Below, in pieces: positions 22,861 through 35,461 of a stretch of DNA of 37,035 nucleotides (its first letter is position 1; each line of letters begins with the position of its first letter). The notes below the pieces were generated by a model. It was not told the DNA's origin and searched no databases. It saw only the letters and a program-made list of their open reading frames with translations. This DNA comes from Guillardia theta CCMP2712 (Eukaryota; Protista; Cryptophyta). The position numbers and the translations under genes are program-made. The DNA is taken from NCBI RefSeq assembly GCF_000315625.1, contig NW_005434609.1, forward strand, positions 200,763 to 237,797, read 5' to 3'.

Positions 22861-23563
22861 AGCGGGGATGAGGGTTGGGGACTGTTCCTGACAGATTCCT
22901 ACGAAGAGGTACCAGACACCGGGGGTAGGGCGCTACTCCAGTAGGGTGGTCATGGATGTAGGGTACTTTTCCACAGCGAGATAGGGGTACTCATTGATGG
23001 GTAATGTTTTAGGAGGGTAGGGTACCCTCAGTTTGATGAGTCACCACCACACAAGGGTTGTATGGATAGATTGGACGGGGTGGGTGGTCCTGTAGGGGGG
23101 GTGCATACACTAAAGTAATTGTTGAGGGTGGGTGTTGGGTACGGTACTTGGTAGTACTTTGTAACAGAGTACCCCTCCTGGTTACTAACCATGTGGCTTT
23201 AACACACAATCATGTCTTTTATCCCTATCCAGGGTGGGTCAATCACCCCACCCCCAATTCGAAAATTGATCACCCCTACCCTCATGACCTACCCACATTA
23301 GAGCAGTATCCCCGAATTCAGCGAGGCACCATGGCTGGGGTTGAGAGGGCAGAGGGGCGATGAATGGGTAGATCATGGCGTTTTCGTCTCCCCTCCCCTC
23401 CTCCTTGAAGAGCGATCGTAAGTAAGGATCCCTCTGCTATCTTGCCCTCCTTCAGCCGAACTGTACGTGGAGTTTGCTGCCATGGACAGCTGATCTGGGG
23501 TTCCGAAGAAATTTCCCGGGTGATAGTGAGAATTGTTGCAGCTGCTTGAGATTGTCCTGCACA

Positions 23564-26500
23564 ATGTTCGAGAAGTTCTTCGTTGCCCTCGTGGAAAAGT
23601 ATGTTGCTCCCTTTGCGGAAGTTGATCGTGATCAGCTCAGCGTTGCAGTGAGGGAGGGGAATGTTGTCTTACATGACGTGAAACTGAAGAAGTCGGCCTT
23701 CGATGACCTGGCCATGCCCCTCACCGTTAAGGAAGGAAGGATAGGTGAACTACGGATTGATGTGACGTGGAAGTCTCTCCGTCTCCACCCGGCCAAGATC
23801 CACGTCAAGGACGTTGAGCTGGTCCTGTCCCCCCTTGGGATAGACGCGTCAGCAAGCGTCCGAAGTGAGCGGCAGCGTCAAGCAGAGATAGAAGAGCTGC
23901 TTGTGGACGAACAGATCCGCCTGATGCGATCTCAAGGATCGAAAGCTCCCACCTTGCAGGAGCAGGCGTTTGTCGTGAGGCTTGTCTCCTCCATCATGAA
24001 CGTGGTGGACTTTTCTGTGACGGGGGTGCACGTACGGTATGAGGACAAGCTGACGGATCCTAGTCGAACGATCTCCGCTGGGATAAGGATCTCGAAAGTG
24101 GAGTTTTGTTCGGTTTCTTCTTTCGCAAACGTGAAGGCGGGAGATGTGAAGATTGTAGATTCCGATTCGAACCTCAAGAGTCTCAACATTCAAGACTTCT
24201 CAGTTTATTGGCTCAGTGGTGGTGACAGCGCACCGTGTAATGGCAGCAGCAACAAAGCTTCATTAGACGAGTTTCCTGGTAAGAAAGTTCACACCAACCC
24301 TGATCTCGCATCGCTGAACAATCTGCTGCAGTCGTGTCAGCTTTCAACTTGCATGTCAATACAGTCCTTAACAGGCAGTCGAAATCTCTGAAGGGATGTC
24401 CACGTATCGACTGCCACTTCATGATGGAGCCAGAGGTTGACATCAAGATTGACTGTAATTCAAGACTTGCGGTGTTGTCGGCAGGTTCTGATGGAAGTGG
24501 GTTGTAGGTGGCACCATGTTGGACGTCTCGGCTGTGGTCGATGCTGCGATCCTTCACGCGAATCGCTCCAGGATCACACGGGAAAGGCCTTCATCTAGGT
24601 GAGAGAATGGATTGAATGCTCTCTGAACTTGTGGAGATGATTGTTGGGACCATCTTGACTTGTGATGTGGTTTCAGCATTCGAGGTCACTGCCGTGAGTG
24701 GTGGATGTATTCGTTTTCGTGTGTTGTGGACAGCTTGAAACAGCGGAAAGCAAGCTACAGGAAATCGAGCGTCCTCTCTATCATTCGTGATGGGAAGAAA
24801 TATCGCTCTTGCTTCCAGCGCTTCTTGATGAATGACTTAGAGGAGGAAGGCCTTGAGGAGATGCGGAGACTCGAGAAGTCACTACCCCTCATCACTGTTA
24901 TGGCGCTGAGAGGAAGGATAGAAGAGATCTGCGAGAAAGAGCTCCGCATGATGTCTCTGAAGAGCAAGGAGGCGAATGTGACAGGCCCGAACGTGTTCAG
25001 AGAGCTCCTCAAGGGTTGGAGGAAGAACACTGACGGGTCGTCGTCTCTGATGATTGCTGGAGTCGACTTGACCGTCTCGGAGGAGGAGCTGTGTGACTTC
25101 TGCAACGCAGAGGATGGGACGAAGTTCAACGACTTTGAAGGGGATGGAGCAGGAGACCCTTCTTTCTCTGTGAGGCTGCATGCGGGGGCCATCAGGATGA
25201 GCCTGAGTGACGTGAAGAAGCTGACGGGGGAGGACGGTGCCAAGGACGGCATCATCTCTACCGCTATCATCTCCGACGTGAGCTACAGCATCGTAGGGAA
25301 GGCGAGCGAGAAGATCGGAGCGTGCGGGGTCCCCGTGAAGATGCAGCTCGAGATCTCGTCGGTGGAAGTGAAGGACTTGGTGACGGCAGGGACGTCGTTC
25401 CCTGTCGTGCTGTCTCAGGGGAGGTGCTTCAAGGGAGAGACCCGGCCCTTCCTCGGGGTCGTCTACGAGGACCGGCATGACGACTGTGCCCTCCTCAATA
25501 TCGTCATGGGCAAGGGCCTCTGGATCTATAGCATGCAGCTTGCCAGGAGAATCAGCGCACACCTCAGCATCTGCTGGAAGGTCGACATGCGAGCAGCGAC
25601 CGGGCTGATCAGCAGGATGGCAGCGGCCTCGGTCGATCAGCAAAGGATGCTGGCGCAGAATCTGATCCGGAAGGCCGTGGAGACCAGGTCCCCTCTGGAC
25701 ATGTCTTTCGACATCAACCTGCCGTTGATCGCAGTCCCGCAAACTTGCTGCCCCGATTCCAGTGCCCCCTCGTCGACGGTCCTGCTCCACTGCGGCCGTG
25801 TCAAGGTCGCCAGCAGCATCGGCCCGTCGGCCTCGGGAGGAGGAGGAGGAGGAGAGTACGACAAGTACAGCATCGACTGGGAGGACATCCTTGTGTCCAC
25901 CTGCTCGACCAGAGACAAGTGGGAGGAGAAGTCAGAGGCCCCGCTCCTCTCCCTCCCCAGGATCTCGTGGGTGGTTCAGATGTCTGTAGCTCGTCTCGAC
26001 TTGAGCCTGACCCAGCTCAAGGTCGAGCAGACCTTGTGCGGTGCTCGCGTCTTCCTCCGGTCCTCCTCCCTCCGGCAGGCCACTGCTGTGTGGGTTCAGG
26101 TGAACGGAAGGAACGCGACTGTGGCTCCAGCCAAGTTGGAGGAGCAGGAAGTGTCTACCATGGTGAGCTTCGCGTACGGAGGGTTCCAGATGCTGGAGCA
26201 GGGGTGGGAGACGATGAGGAGGAGGGAGCTAGGGCTGCTGCAGGACCTCTACCAGGACCGGGAGCAGAGGATAAAGGCCTATGCGGGATGGTCTCGTGTG
26301 GAGTACCGGCTGGAGGTGGATGGACTGAGGTGTGAGGTGATGGAGGATGAGCGAGGGAAGGTCAATCAGCCCCTCGTTGAGCTCGGACTCGACGGCCTCG
26401 AGCTGGCAGCTCAAGTTAACAGTCTGGACGCGTCTGTGCGCATGAAAGTGTCCGACTTGTACATCAAAGACACGATGCAGGTATGAATGAAGAGGAGGAA

Positions 26501-29500
26501 AGATAGGAAAGGGAGTTGGGGGAGGGGGTTGGGGAAGGGTGAGGTGGGTGAGAGTGGGAGGGAGGTGGAGAGATGGAGGGAGGGAGGAAGATGAAAGAAT
26601 TATGTGAGAAGAAAATGGGTCACTAGATAGTCAAGGGAGGGAGAGCAATGGTATAGAAGATGAGGGAGGAAAGAACCAGGAGCGATCGAGAGTATGAGGT
26701 CAGCAGCGGGGACCTGAGACTTCACTGCAGAAGTTTGGGAAAGACTACCTTTACATCCTTGGCAGCTCGGTCCAAGACAACAGGTGCCGTCCCGTGTGCA
26801 GCAACTAGCAGTTCACTGACATGTTGGCAGCTTCCTGGAGGGCCCGTCGGCTGCTCCCGTGCTGTTCGAAGGGGAGGGCAGGATGTGGCACCCGATTTCT
26901 CCCAGCAGGCAGGAGCGCGATGTCGAGATCCGGGTCAACGTGGGCCAAGTCTTCCTGGGAGGGAACCTGGAGACTATGGCGGAGCTGCAGAATTGTTTGG
27001 CGCTGGGGATCGAGGCAGGGCTGAAGGAGGTGGATGGGGGAGAAGAGAAGGAGGAAGGGAGAGCAGGTGTCCAGGAGGACAACACGCTGCTGGAACATGT
27101 AGTCTCAGGAGTCGTGAGCACGGCCGCGGCCATCGAGGCGGCGGAGACGAGGAGGAGAAGGTCGCTGAGCCTCCTGCTCGTCTCCAGGGTGCAGGCGATC
27201 AACGTGCTGATGCACATGGAGAGGGACAGGAAGGCGTTTCCTATCGCCCTGCTGTCTCTCCAGCGCTTCTACTTCGAGAACCGAGAGGACAGGACGGGTA
27301 GGATCGACATCCAGTCCTCGCTGGAGGGAGTGATCCTCCGCGATCTGACCCCAGCAGGGTCGAGGTACGAGAGGACCGTCTCCTTCGGGGTCGTTGGGGT
27401 TGAAGAGGCGGGAGGAGGAGCAGGAGGGGAGAGGAGCAAACTGGCGCAGGTGGAGTACATTCACTACGGGTCAAAGAACACGGCAGAGGCGAGGAAGGGG
27501 AAACTTCACGTGCGGTGGGGAGCTTGACGCGATCCTGGTCCCTCGTTTCCTTTCCGAGCTCTACGGGTATGTCCAGCAGAGCTCCATCTTCCGCTCCACC
27601 TCCTCCGCGCTCTCCGTCGCCTCCTCCAACTCTCATCGCTTCCGCTCGCGGCTCGACTCTGGGATGATGAGCCACTCGTATGACATGGAGATCCTGGTGG
27701 AAGTCAAGCAGCTGTCCGTGAAGCTGCCGGAGTCTTCCAACTCCGAAAACTGCATGTGCGTTGTGATCCCGGGCTTCAAAGTCGGCAACGAGTACAAGGG
27801 CGGGGAGGAGACGGCGACCGCGGACCTTCGCTTCCTCGTGTCATCGTACGTCGAGCACCAGCAGAAGGAGCTTCTGTCCTTCTCCTCCCTCATCCACTTC
27901 GCTCGAAGGACCAACCTGTCGCAGCTCAAGGATGAGGATGCGATCATCCGTGTCTCCGTCTCCGTCAGCCCCATCGTCCTCCGGCTCCACCAGCAGGCCA
28001 TCGCCTTCCTCTCCCGCGCCACCATCGCGAGCATCGCAGAGGTCAAGGCAGCATGGAGTTGGCACTACCATGCGGGAAAGGCGAGGATGAAGTCAAAGTC
28101 GCTGCTAGAGGTCGAGCCGATCAGCCAGGCCCTCTCTCGAGCGATGAAGGATGCGGCGAAAGAGGAAGAGGTACCCCTCCCTCCCTCCCTTCCTTTCCCC
28201 CCATTCTCTCCTCCCTCCCCTATCCCACCCATCCTACAGCTTCTTTCCTTGATCCTCTCCCTTCTCTTTCTCGTTCGCTCCTCTCCTCTCCCTCTCCTCT
28301 CCCTCTCCCTCTCCCTCTCCCTCTCCTCTCCCTGACATCGGACGTGCTCAGGCTCGCCAGCTCTCGCAAGAGCGAGCTAAGCTTCACATGCTCGACCTCT
28401 GCCTCTCTGTGCAGCTGGAGACTCTACGCCTGACCGTCCTGAGTGCCGATGACACGAAGGAAGTCAGCGAGCTGGAAGTGAAGGGAGTCGGCGGGCAGAT
28501 GAGAATCTGGAGCGACACCGCATGGATGGCGAGCGTGGAGGCTGGGGACTTTTCCCTGAGGGACGTCTGCCCTACCTCCAAGAATGTCTTCAAGGACCTC
28601 GTCCGGCCCGCCAGGGGGGAGGCAGCAGTGATCAGTTTCACGTACCAGGAGAGCGCAGAAGGGGACGGCGAGTTCGACCTGACCATGACGGGGCTACAAG
28701 TCAACGTGGCCGCCCATCCGATCATGGCGACTATGACGACCGTCTTCAATGCGTTCGACTCGAAGCCAACGGAGAACAGCGCGAGCGGAGGACAGTTCGA
28801 GTCGGCGGAGGGCAAAATCTCTGCCGAGCAGGAGGCCAGGATGATGGCGAAGGAGGGATACAGCTGGTGGGGGGACAGCAAGGTGGAGGGGAGGATAAGG
28901 GTGGGACGGAGCACAGTCATGGCCCTTCAGGACTGCACGGAGGTGGAGACTTCGAAGATTGCCGTGTCCTTTCAAGTGCTGGGGGAGTATCTTGCTGACC
29001 ACAACACTGAGCGCATGCGGCTCGAGGTGCAGGACTTCTCGCTCTACTCGTTGATCAAGGAGCAGGCGGAGGAGCAGTACATGGTGGACAAGTCCAAGTT
29101 GTACTCCCTGCTGACGAGGGACTACAACGACGGAGGGAAAGTTCAGTCGTCGGTCAAAGTTAGCGTCCGCTCTGTCGACGTGATCGTGACGTACCAGGAC
29201 GTGAAGCGCTGCTATACCCTCGTCCGAAACTTCGCCATGGCAGCGGAGGAGAGTGGCTTCGCAGAGACCACCGGCTACGTCTACTTCAGCTCGGGCATGG
29301 ACCGGGACGCAGAAGTGGCTCCTGTGTTGCCCACGGCAGACTCCACGCTGAGCATGGAGTTTGACTTCCTCATGGACTGCTTCACCGTCTCCATCATCAA
29401 CGACTGCATGGGTTGGAACGTTCCCTTCGCCACAGTGACGGCCAAGAACATTCAGTCCAAGTTCTCCTCCTACAACGACGACAGCGTGAAGCTCACCTTC

Positions 29501-32500
29501 CTGACGACCCTCGACGCCAACTACTACAACCTCCTCAACACCTGCTTCGAGCCCATCCTCGAGCCCTGGACCTTCAAGCTCGAAGCCTCCGAACTGCCAG
29601 GACGCTCGTCAGCCTCGGTGAAGCTCAAGTCAGACGCGAGGATCGAGCTGAACCTAGCTGAGATGCACATGCGCTGCCTGGTGCAGACGGTGGAAGGTTG
29701 GATGCAGGACAGCAAGACTTGGACTGCAGACACCGTCTCCCAGTCGAGCTTCTCCCCTTACCGCCTCAAGAACGAGTCCGGTATCCCTCTTACCTTCTGG
29801 CTGGGAGCAAGCCTGGACCCTCCTGCAGACGTCCAGCAGCAGAGGGAGCTGTCGAGTGGGGGAGAGGAGCCGTTCGAGTTCGCGCACAAGAGAATGCATC
29901 ACTCGCGGCAGCGGGACATGTCGTTGGAGTTCCACACGCTCTCGATCAAGTTCGAGGGAGTCGACGACGTTCTCACCCACGTGCCTGTTGACGTGACCGG
30001 CGTCCACATGCTCCCCCTCGGCCCCCTGCGCGCCGTCGCGGAGATCCACAACGACGGGGGATGCAAGATCATCGCGATCCAGAGCACAGTCAAGGTGTAC
30101 AACAAGACCACACTGATGGTCGATGCCTGCGTCATGAACGTGCTGGGAGAGGGAGGCGGCGTGTCGGAGGGAGGTGGCTCCATCCTCTGGAGGGAGAGCT
30201 TCGCGGGGGAGAGCCATGGCTGCGTCCCGCTGGCTCTGACCTCCTCCAAGTACATGAGCATCAAGCCTGCCGGGGACGAGTTCGGCTACTGCACACCCTT
30301 CCCCATCCCCTCCGAGCCTGTCACGGGCGAGTCTGTCTTCATCGCCTGCAAGTCGTTGGCGGGGGGCTCGGAGGAGGAGGGGGAGGAGGCGAGGGCCAGG
30401 TACTTCCGCGTGCGACTGGATGCCAAGAGGCCCATCGGGGGGCACGAGGAGAACATGAGGATTGTGATTTCCATCCACCCGGCGGTCCGCGTCTCCAATC
30501 TCCTCCCCTACCCAGCTGAGGTCGCCCTGTGGGCGGTTCCTCCTGGCAAGCCGGGGGTCAAGGTGGCGACGAGGCACGTGGGGGAGGGGCAGATCGAGCA
30601 GCTCTACTGCACTGACCTCAAGGTGCCTCTGCGCTTCACCGTCTTCCTCAGCGCCTTCCGGCACGTGAACAAGCCCATCCTCGTCTTCGACCCTGCTGGG
30701 GCTGTGGTGGAGAAGGAGATCGACCTGCTGGACGATGAGAGTCGAGTGCTGAAGCTCGGGGTAGACTCATCGACCTCGGCCTGGGGCGACGTCACCATCA
30801 CCGTATACGCGCAGTACATCTTCCGCAACTTCACGAGCTTGCCGCTCATCTACGGCTCCTACAGGAGTGGAGCGAAGGTAGCGGCAGGACAGAGCTCGAG
30901 CTCTGGTGCAAACTCCTCCTCCTCCTCCTCCCCTGTCGCTAAATCGCAAAGCGCATCGAGCGCTGTGGAGTACCAGGCTGCATTCCAGGGGATCTATGCT
31001 GTCTTCGGGCCTCGCTCGGGCTTCCAGGGCAACGTCGTGCTGTGCGACCCACCCATGGCTGACGGGCCGATCAAGAACGCGGAGGAGATCAAGGGGAACA
31101 TCGCAGTCATCCGCAGAGGCGTCATCCCCTTCACCGAGAAGGCGCGCAGCGCCGCCCGAGCAGGAGCCATCGCCGTGATCTTCATCAACTCGGACGAGTC
31201 GACTTTCCTAGCTGAGGGGGACAAGGGCCCGGGCATCCGCCTGCCCTGCGTCACGCTGAACAAGGCGGACGGCGAGGCTCTGCTTGAGCTGCGAGGGAAG
31301 GGGGACAAGGTGCAGGTGATGCCCGAGGGCCCCTCACGGAGCCACCGCACTACCTCGCAGGAGCTCGAGTGGAAGCGGCTGGTCAAGGCCATCGTCAGGG
31401 TGGGAGAGGCGGGAGCCGTTGGCTCTGCAACTCCGGAGCGGAGGGTCGTGAGCACGTCGGAGGAGCAGCGGAAGGAGAAGAAGTCGAGGAAGAAGGAGAT
31501 TAGCTTCCCCGACAGCTGGATGGAGCAGCCTGGCGACATGCCCTTCATGTTCTCCTACGACCACCAGGACCTGACGGGGAACAAGGCGACGTTCTGCGTG
31601 CTCGGATCTGACTGGTCGTCATCCTTCTCCCTGGAGAACATGGGTACCACAGGGGTGCTGGAGGTGCCCGGCAAGGCTTCTGACCTCCCGTCCCTCAAGG
31701 GAGCGAAGCCCATGTACGAGTTCGGCCTCAGCTTCGAGTTGGGGACTGGTCACTACTCCCGCAGCAAGATCTGCAGCATCTTCCCGCGCTATACCGTCTG
31801 CAACAGGATAGGATACACCATCCAGCTCGTGCAGGTGGGGCTGGAGGAGGAGCACAACGCCGTGCTGGAGATCAAGGATGGGGAGCTGTTCCCGTTCCAC
31901 TGGGTGGACGAGAAGAAGACTAAGGCGTGCAGGGCCCGAGTGGTCCCAGAGATCGGAACCCACGAGACCTACTCGACCGCATGGAGTGGACCCATAAGGC
32001 CCGACCAGGTCGGCAGCTTCTCCATCCGCTTCCCCCCCGAGAAGGACGGCGACTCTCCCCTCAACGTCTCGATCGAGATCCGCCTCAGGAAAGCCGCCGC
32101 CTTCATGGTGCTAAGGAGGGAGAAGGAGGATTACCCGCAGTATGCGGTAGACAACCAGACAAGCAAGACCGTCGAGTACTGGCAGGCCATCGAGTCCGTC
32201 TCCTCCAAGCTCACAGTCCACAAGCTCGCCCCCGGGCAGCGCGCGCCTCTGTGCTGGGACCGGCCGCACGAGGCGCACGTGATCAGCATGAAGATCGAGG
32301 GGGTGAAGGAGAGCGTGTCGGTCAAGATGAACAAGTTCGCCACCTTCCAGCTGGCTGGAGGCATCCAGGCTGAGGTGTTTGCCGACGGCCCCACGCGCTC
32401 CCTGAGGGTGAAGGACCTGTTGGCGAGCAGCAGCGTGTCTTGCAGTGCGAGCACTAAGAGTGAGGAAGACGATGTCAAGTACGCGTTCCAGGTGGAGCTG

Positions 32501-34893
32501 TCGGGGGTCGGGGTGAGCGTCATAGACGCGAAGTTGGACGAGATCATGTACGGGGCCCTGCTGGACATCTCGACGTCGTACCGGGTGACGCGCAGTGACT
32601 TCGAGTTCGAGGTCAAGATTGACAAGGTGCAAGTTGACAACCAGACGGACAGGGGCCCGGAGATCCTGCTGGGGTTGGAGATGGGGAAAGGGGAGGGCAA
32701 GCCCGCGATCCACGTCAGCATGGTGAGGTCAAGGGTGTACAAGAACATATCCTTCTTCAAGTACTTCGCCTTCTCGTTGCGAGAGATGTCGCTGGACCTG
32801 GAAGAAACCATCATCATGCGGCTCCTCGACGCGGCTCAGAACGTCGTCGACTCCTCGACCATCTCAGTCTCTGACGAGAAGCCTGACGACCTGCGGGCCA
32901 GCGGCTTCAAGAACCTGAGGTTCCTGGAGAAGGAGGCGATCGGAGGTGAGAAAATGTACTTCGAGCTCCTCCAGCTCCACCCCATCGTCGTCAACCTCTC
33001 CTTCTACGGTACCGGAGCTCTGATGGATCGAGCATCGACGGAGGGCGGAGGGCTGAGCTACAACCCCATGTTCGCCGCCATGAAGGCGCTCGGGGTTGTG
33101 GTCACCAACATTGACAAGGCTCCCATCTGCCTCAACGCCCTCGTTCTCGAGCGTCCGTTCGCTACCTCCCAGGAGCTCAGCAGCTCCATCCGCAAGCACT
33201 ACCGCACTCAGCTCATTCAGCAGCTCTACAAGCTCGTCGGGTCCTTCGAGTTCCTCGGGAACCCCGTCGGGCTGGTCAACAATCTGGGCACGGGGGTGCA
33301 GGACTTCTTCTACGAGCCTGCCCAGGGAATGATGAAGTCGCCGGCGGAGTTCGCCAAGGGGATGCAGAAGGGGAGCCTTTCGCTCTTCAAGAACAGCACC
33401 TACGGGGTCTTCAACGCTGCCTCCAAGATCACCAGCTCCATGTCCAAGAGCCTCGTTCAGCTCTCCGGTGACTCAGACTATGCTCAGAAGCGGCAGGAGT
33501 CGCAGAGCCAGCGGCAGAAGGCCGGCAGCTCCAACCTGGCGCAGGCCCGGCAGGACGCGCTCAACGAGATGTCGGAGGGTTTCATGGGCATCTTTGCGAA
33601 GCCTATGGCAGGGGCGCGCGAGGGGGGGGCGTCCGGATTTTTCTCCGGGCTGGGGAGGGGCTGCTGGGAGCTGTGGTGACGCCGACAGCAGGGTCGGTGG
33701 TGGCGGCGGCGGTGTCGGCGGCGGTGGTGGAGGAGGAGGAGGAGGAGGAGGAGGAGGAGGTCTTGATGGGGTTGATGATGGTCGCAGGGCTGATGGACCT
33801 CACGTCAAAGGCTACCGAGGCTGTGCGCGACACGACCAAGGTCTGCTCCCCCATGCTCATCAGCCAGCTCTCTGCTCTCTCCTTCCGTGCTCTTGCCGTG
33901 CTCCTGTCCAGCCATCTCCCTCCCTTCCTCGTCCCCTTGTGGCTCTCGCAGCTCTGACAGCCTCACCTTCTCCTGCAGGACGGGGAAGTGCTGAAGAGGT
34001 TGAGGCCTCCGAGAGTGAACGTGGGGGATGGGGTCTTGAGATTGTACGACGCGAGGTATCTTCCTTCCCCTCTGCTCGTCTCCTGCTAGACGCTAGCTCC
34101 CTTCCCCTCTGCTCGTCTCCTGCTAGACGCTAGCTCCCTTCCCCTCTGCTCGTCTCCTGCTAGACGCTAGCTCCCTTCCCCTCTGCTCGTCTCCAGCTAG
34201 ACGCTAGCTCCCTTCCCCTCTGCTCGTCTCCTGCTGGAGGCTCACACGGTCAAACTTCAGGTCTGCCTATGGCTGCAACGCCATGCGCGTGATTCACAGC
34301 GGGTCCTGGAAGAACGATCGGTGAGGCGGGCTGACTTGTTGTCTCCTCCTTGCGGTCTGGTGACCCTCTGGCTTCAGCTACATCGGATTCTGCGTGCTCG
34401 ACGCCAACGAGGCTGCGCTGGTCACGGACAAGAACATCTGCGTTCACAAGTTCTCCTCCCACGAAGTCGCCTGGGAACTTCCGATCGTAGCCGTGAAGGA
34501 GGTGCGTCTGTCCTGCCTCCTTCTTCTCCACCTCCCCTTCTCCTTCTCTCTCCTCCCTTACTTCGACCCTCAGGTCCAAGTCGATGGTAGCAAAGTGCTT
34601 GTGTTGCCCCAGGACGGGATCCAACCAGGTCTGACGGACCCCTTCTCCCTCGCTTCCAGCTCACCCCCAGCACTTGCTCGAGCAGTTAACGACGCCGGGG
34701 CGAAGACGGCAGTCACGCCTATGACGTGCACTGACTCTCGATACGCGGAGTACCTCGGGGATGTGATCAGGTGAACCGTGACGATCCTCTTCCACGGGCC
34801 TGACAGCAGGCGAGCAGGCGAGCAGTCTCGGTCGCAGGCATTGAGTTCATGCATCGCAAGTCAAAGACGGCAAACAGCGAGTACATGCTGTGA
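23564..34893 (+). CDS. VPS13: VPS13-family bridge-like lipid transfer protein (chorein_N, RBG repeats, VAB/SHR-BD, ATG2_C, C-terminal PH-like) with an inserted PA domain; two apparent frameshifts
   Basis: MFEKFFVALVEKYVAPF..GNVVLHDVKLKKSAFDDLAMPLTVKEGRIGEL (chorein_N); EWWMYSF; NYYNLLNTCFEPILEPW; PYRLKNESGIPL; PRYTVCNR; PFHW; VFADGPTRSL; MYFELLQLHP; HYRTQLIQQLYKLVGSFEFLGNPVGL; GVQDFFYEP. Confidence 0.95.
30968..31320 (+). other. Protease-associated (PA) domain inserted within the VPS13 VAB region
   Basis: AVFGPRSGFQGNVVLCDPPMADGPIKNAEEIKGNIAVIRRGVIPFTEKARSAARAGAIAVIFINSD..IRLPCVTLNKADGEALL matches the PA consensus AxFGP..GxIAxIxRGxxxFxxKxxxAxxAGAxAVIxxN..IPxxxIxxxDGxxL. Confidence 0.88.
34062..34235. 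repeat. 37-bp intronic minisatellite, ~4.6 copies (CTTCCCCTCTGCTCGTCTCCTGCTAGACGCTAGCTCC)
   Basis: Directly visible tandem units in a VPS13 intron. Confidence 0.9.
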
Positions 34894-35098
34894 GACAAGA
34901 GACGAGTACATGCTGTGAGACAAGAGACGAGTACATGCTGTGAGACAAGAGACGAGTACATGCTGTGAGACAAGAGACGAGTACATGCTGTGAGACAAGA
35001 GACGAGTACATGCTGTGAGACAAGAGACGAGTACATGCTGTGAGACAAGAGACGAGTACATGCTGTGAGACAAGAGACGAGTACATGCTGTGAGACAA
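34878..35098. repeat. 25-bp minisatellite, ~9 identical copies (CGAGTACATGCTGTGAGACAAGAGA), overlapping the VPS13 stop codon
   Basis: Units start every 25 bp from 34878 to 35078; no spacers. Confidence 0.95.
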
Positions 35099-35461
35099 CA
35101 GGAGATGGAGGAGCGCGAGTGAATGAGTCCATGCTCTTATGATGTAGCATTGCGCAGCCCCACCCTCCTTGCATGAACAATCTGCTGACCACACGAGCGC
35201 GTACGGGCATTTGTGTGCGTGCTGGGTGGTCTAGATGTTCTACTCAAGAGTCATGTAGAGAATCAACTCGCTGTGAACTAACGGAGAGCACACGATGAGC
35301 CACTGTAATGGTCTGACGTGGTTGCGAGGGAGCGAGCCAGCCTCCTCCTCCTCCTCCTCCTCCTCCTCCTCCTCCTCCTCCTCCTCCTCCTCCTCGTGTC
35401 TAATCTCTTCCTCATTCTCTACCTTCTCTCTCCTCCTCATTCTCTACTTCCTGGGACCTGA

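Noticed and set aside
24755-33199. Long antisense and alternative-frame ORFs within VPS13
   Set aside because: Shadow ORFs expected from GC3-rich codon usage; no domain-like content.
23564-34893. VPS13 as a pseudogene or as several separate genes
   Set aside because: All domains are in canonical order with phase-consistent introns and a 5.3-kb open exon. The only two lesions are in G homopolymers.
34878-35098. Possible CRISPR array (regular short repeats)
   Set aside because: Units are contiguous and identical with no spacers, there are no cas genes, and the context is eukaryotic. It is a minisatellite; the same applies to 13778-13866 and 34062-34235.
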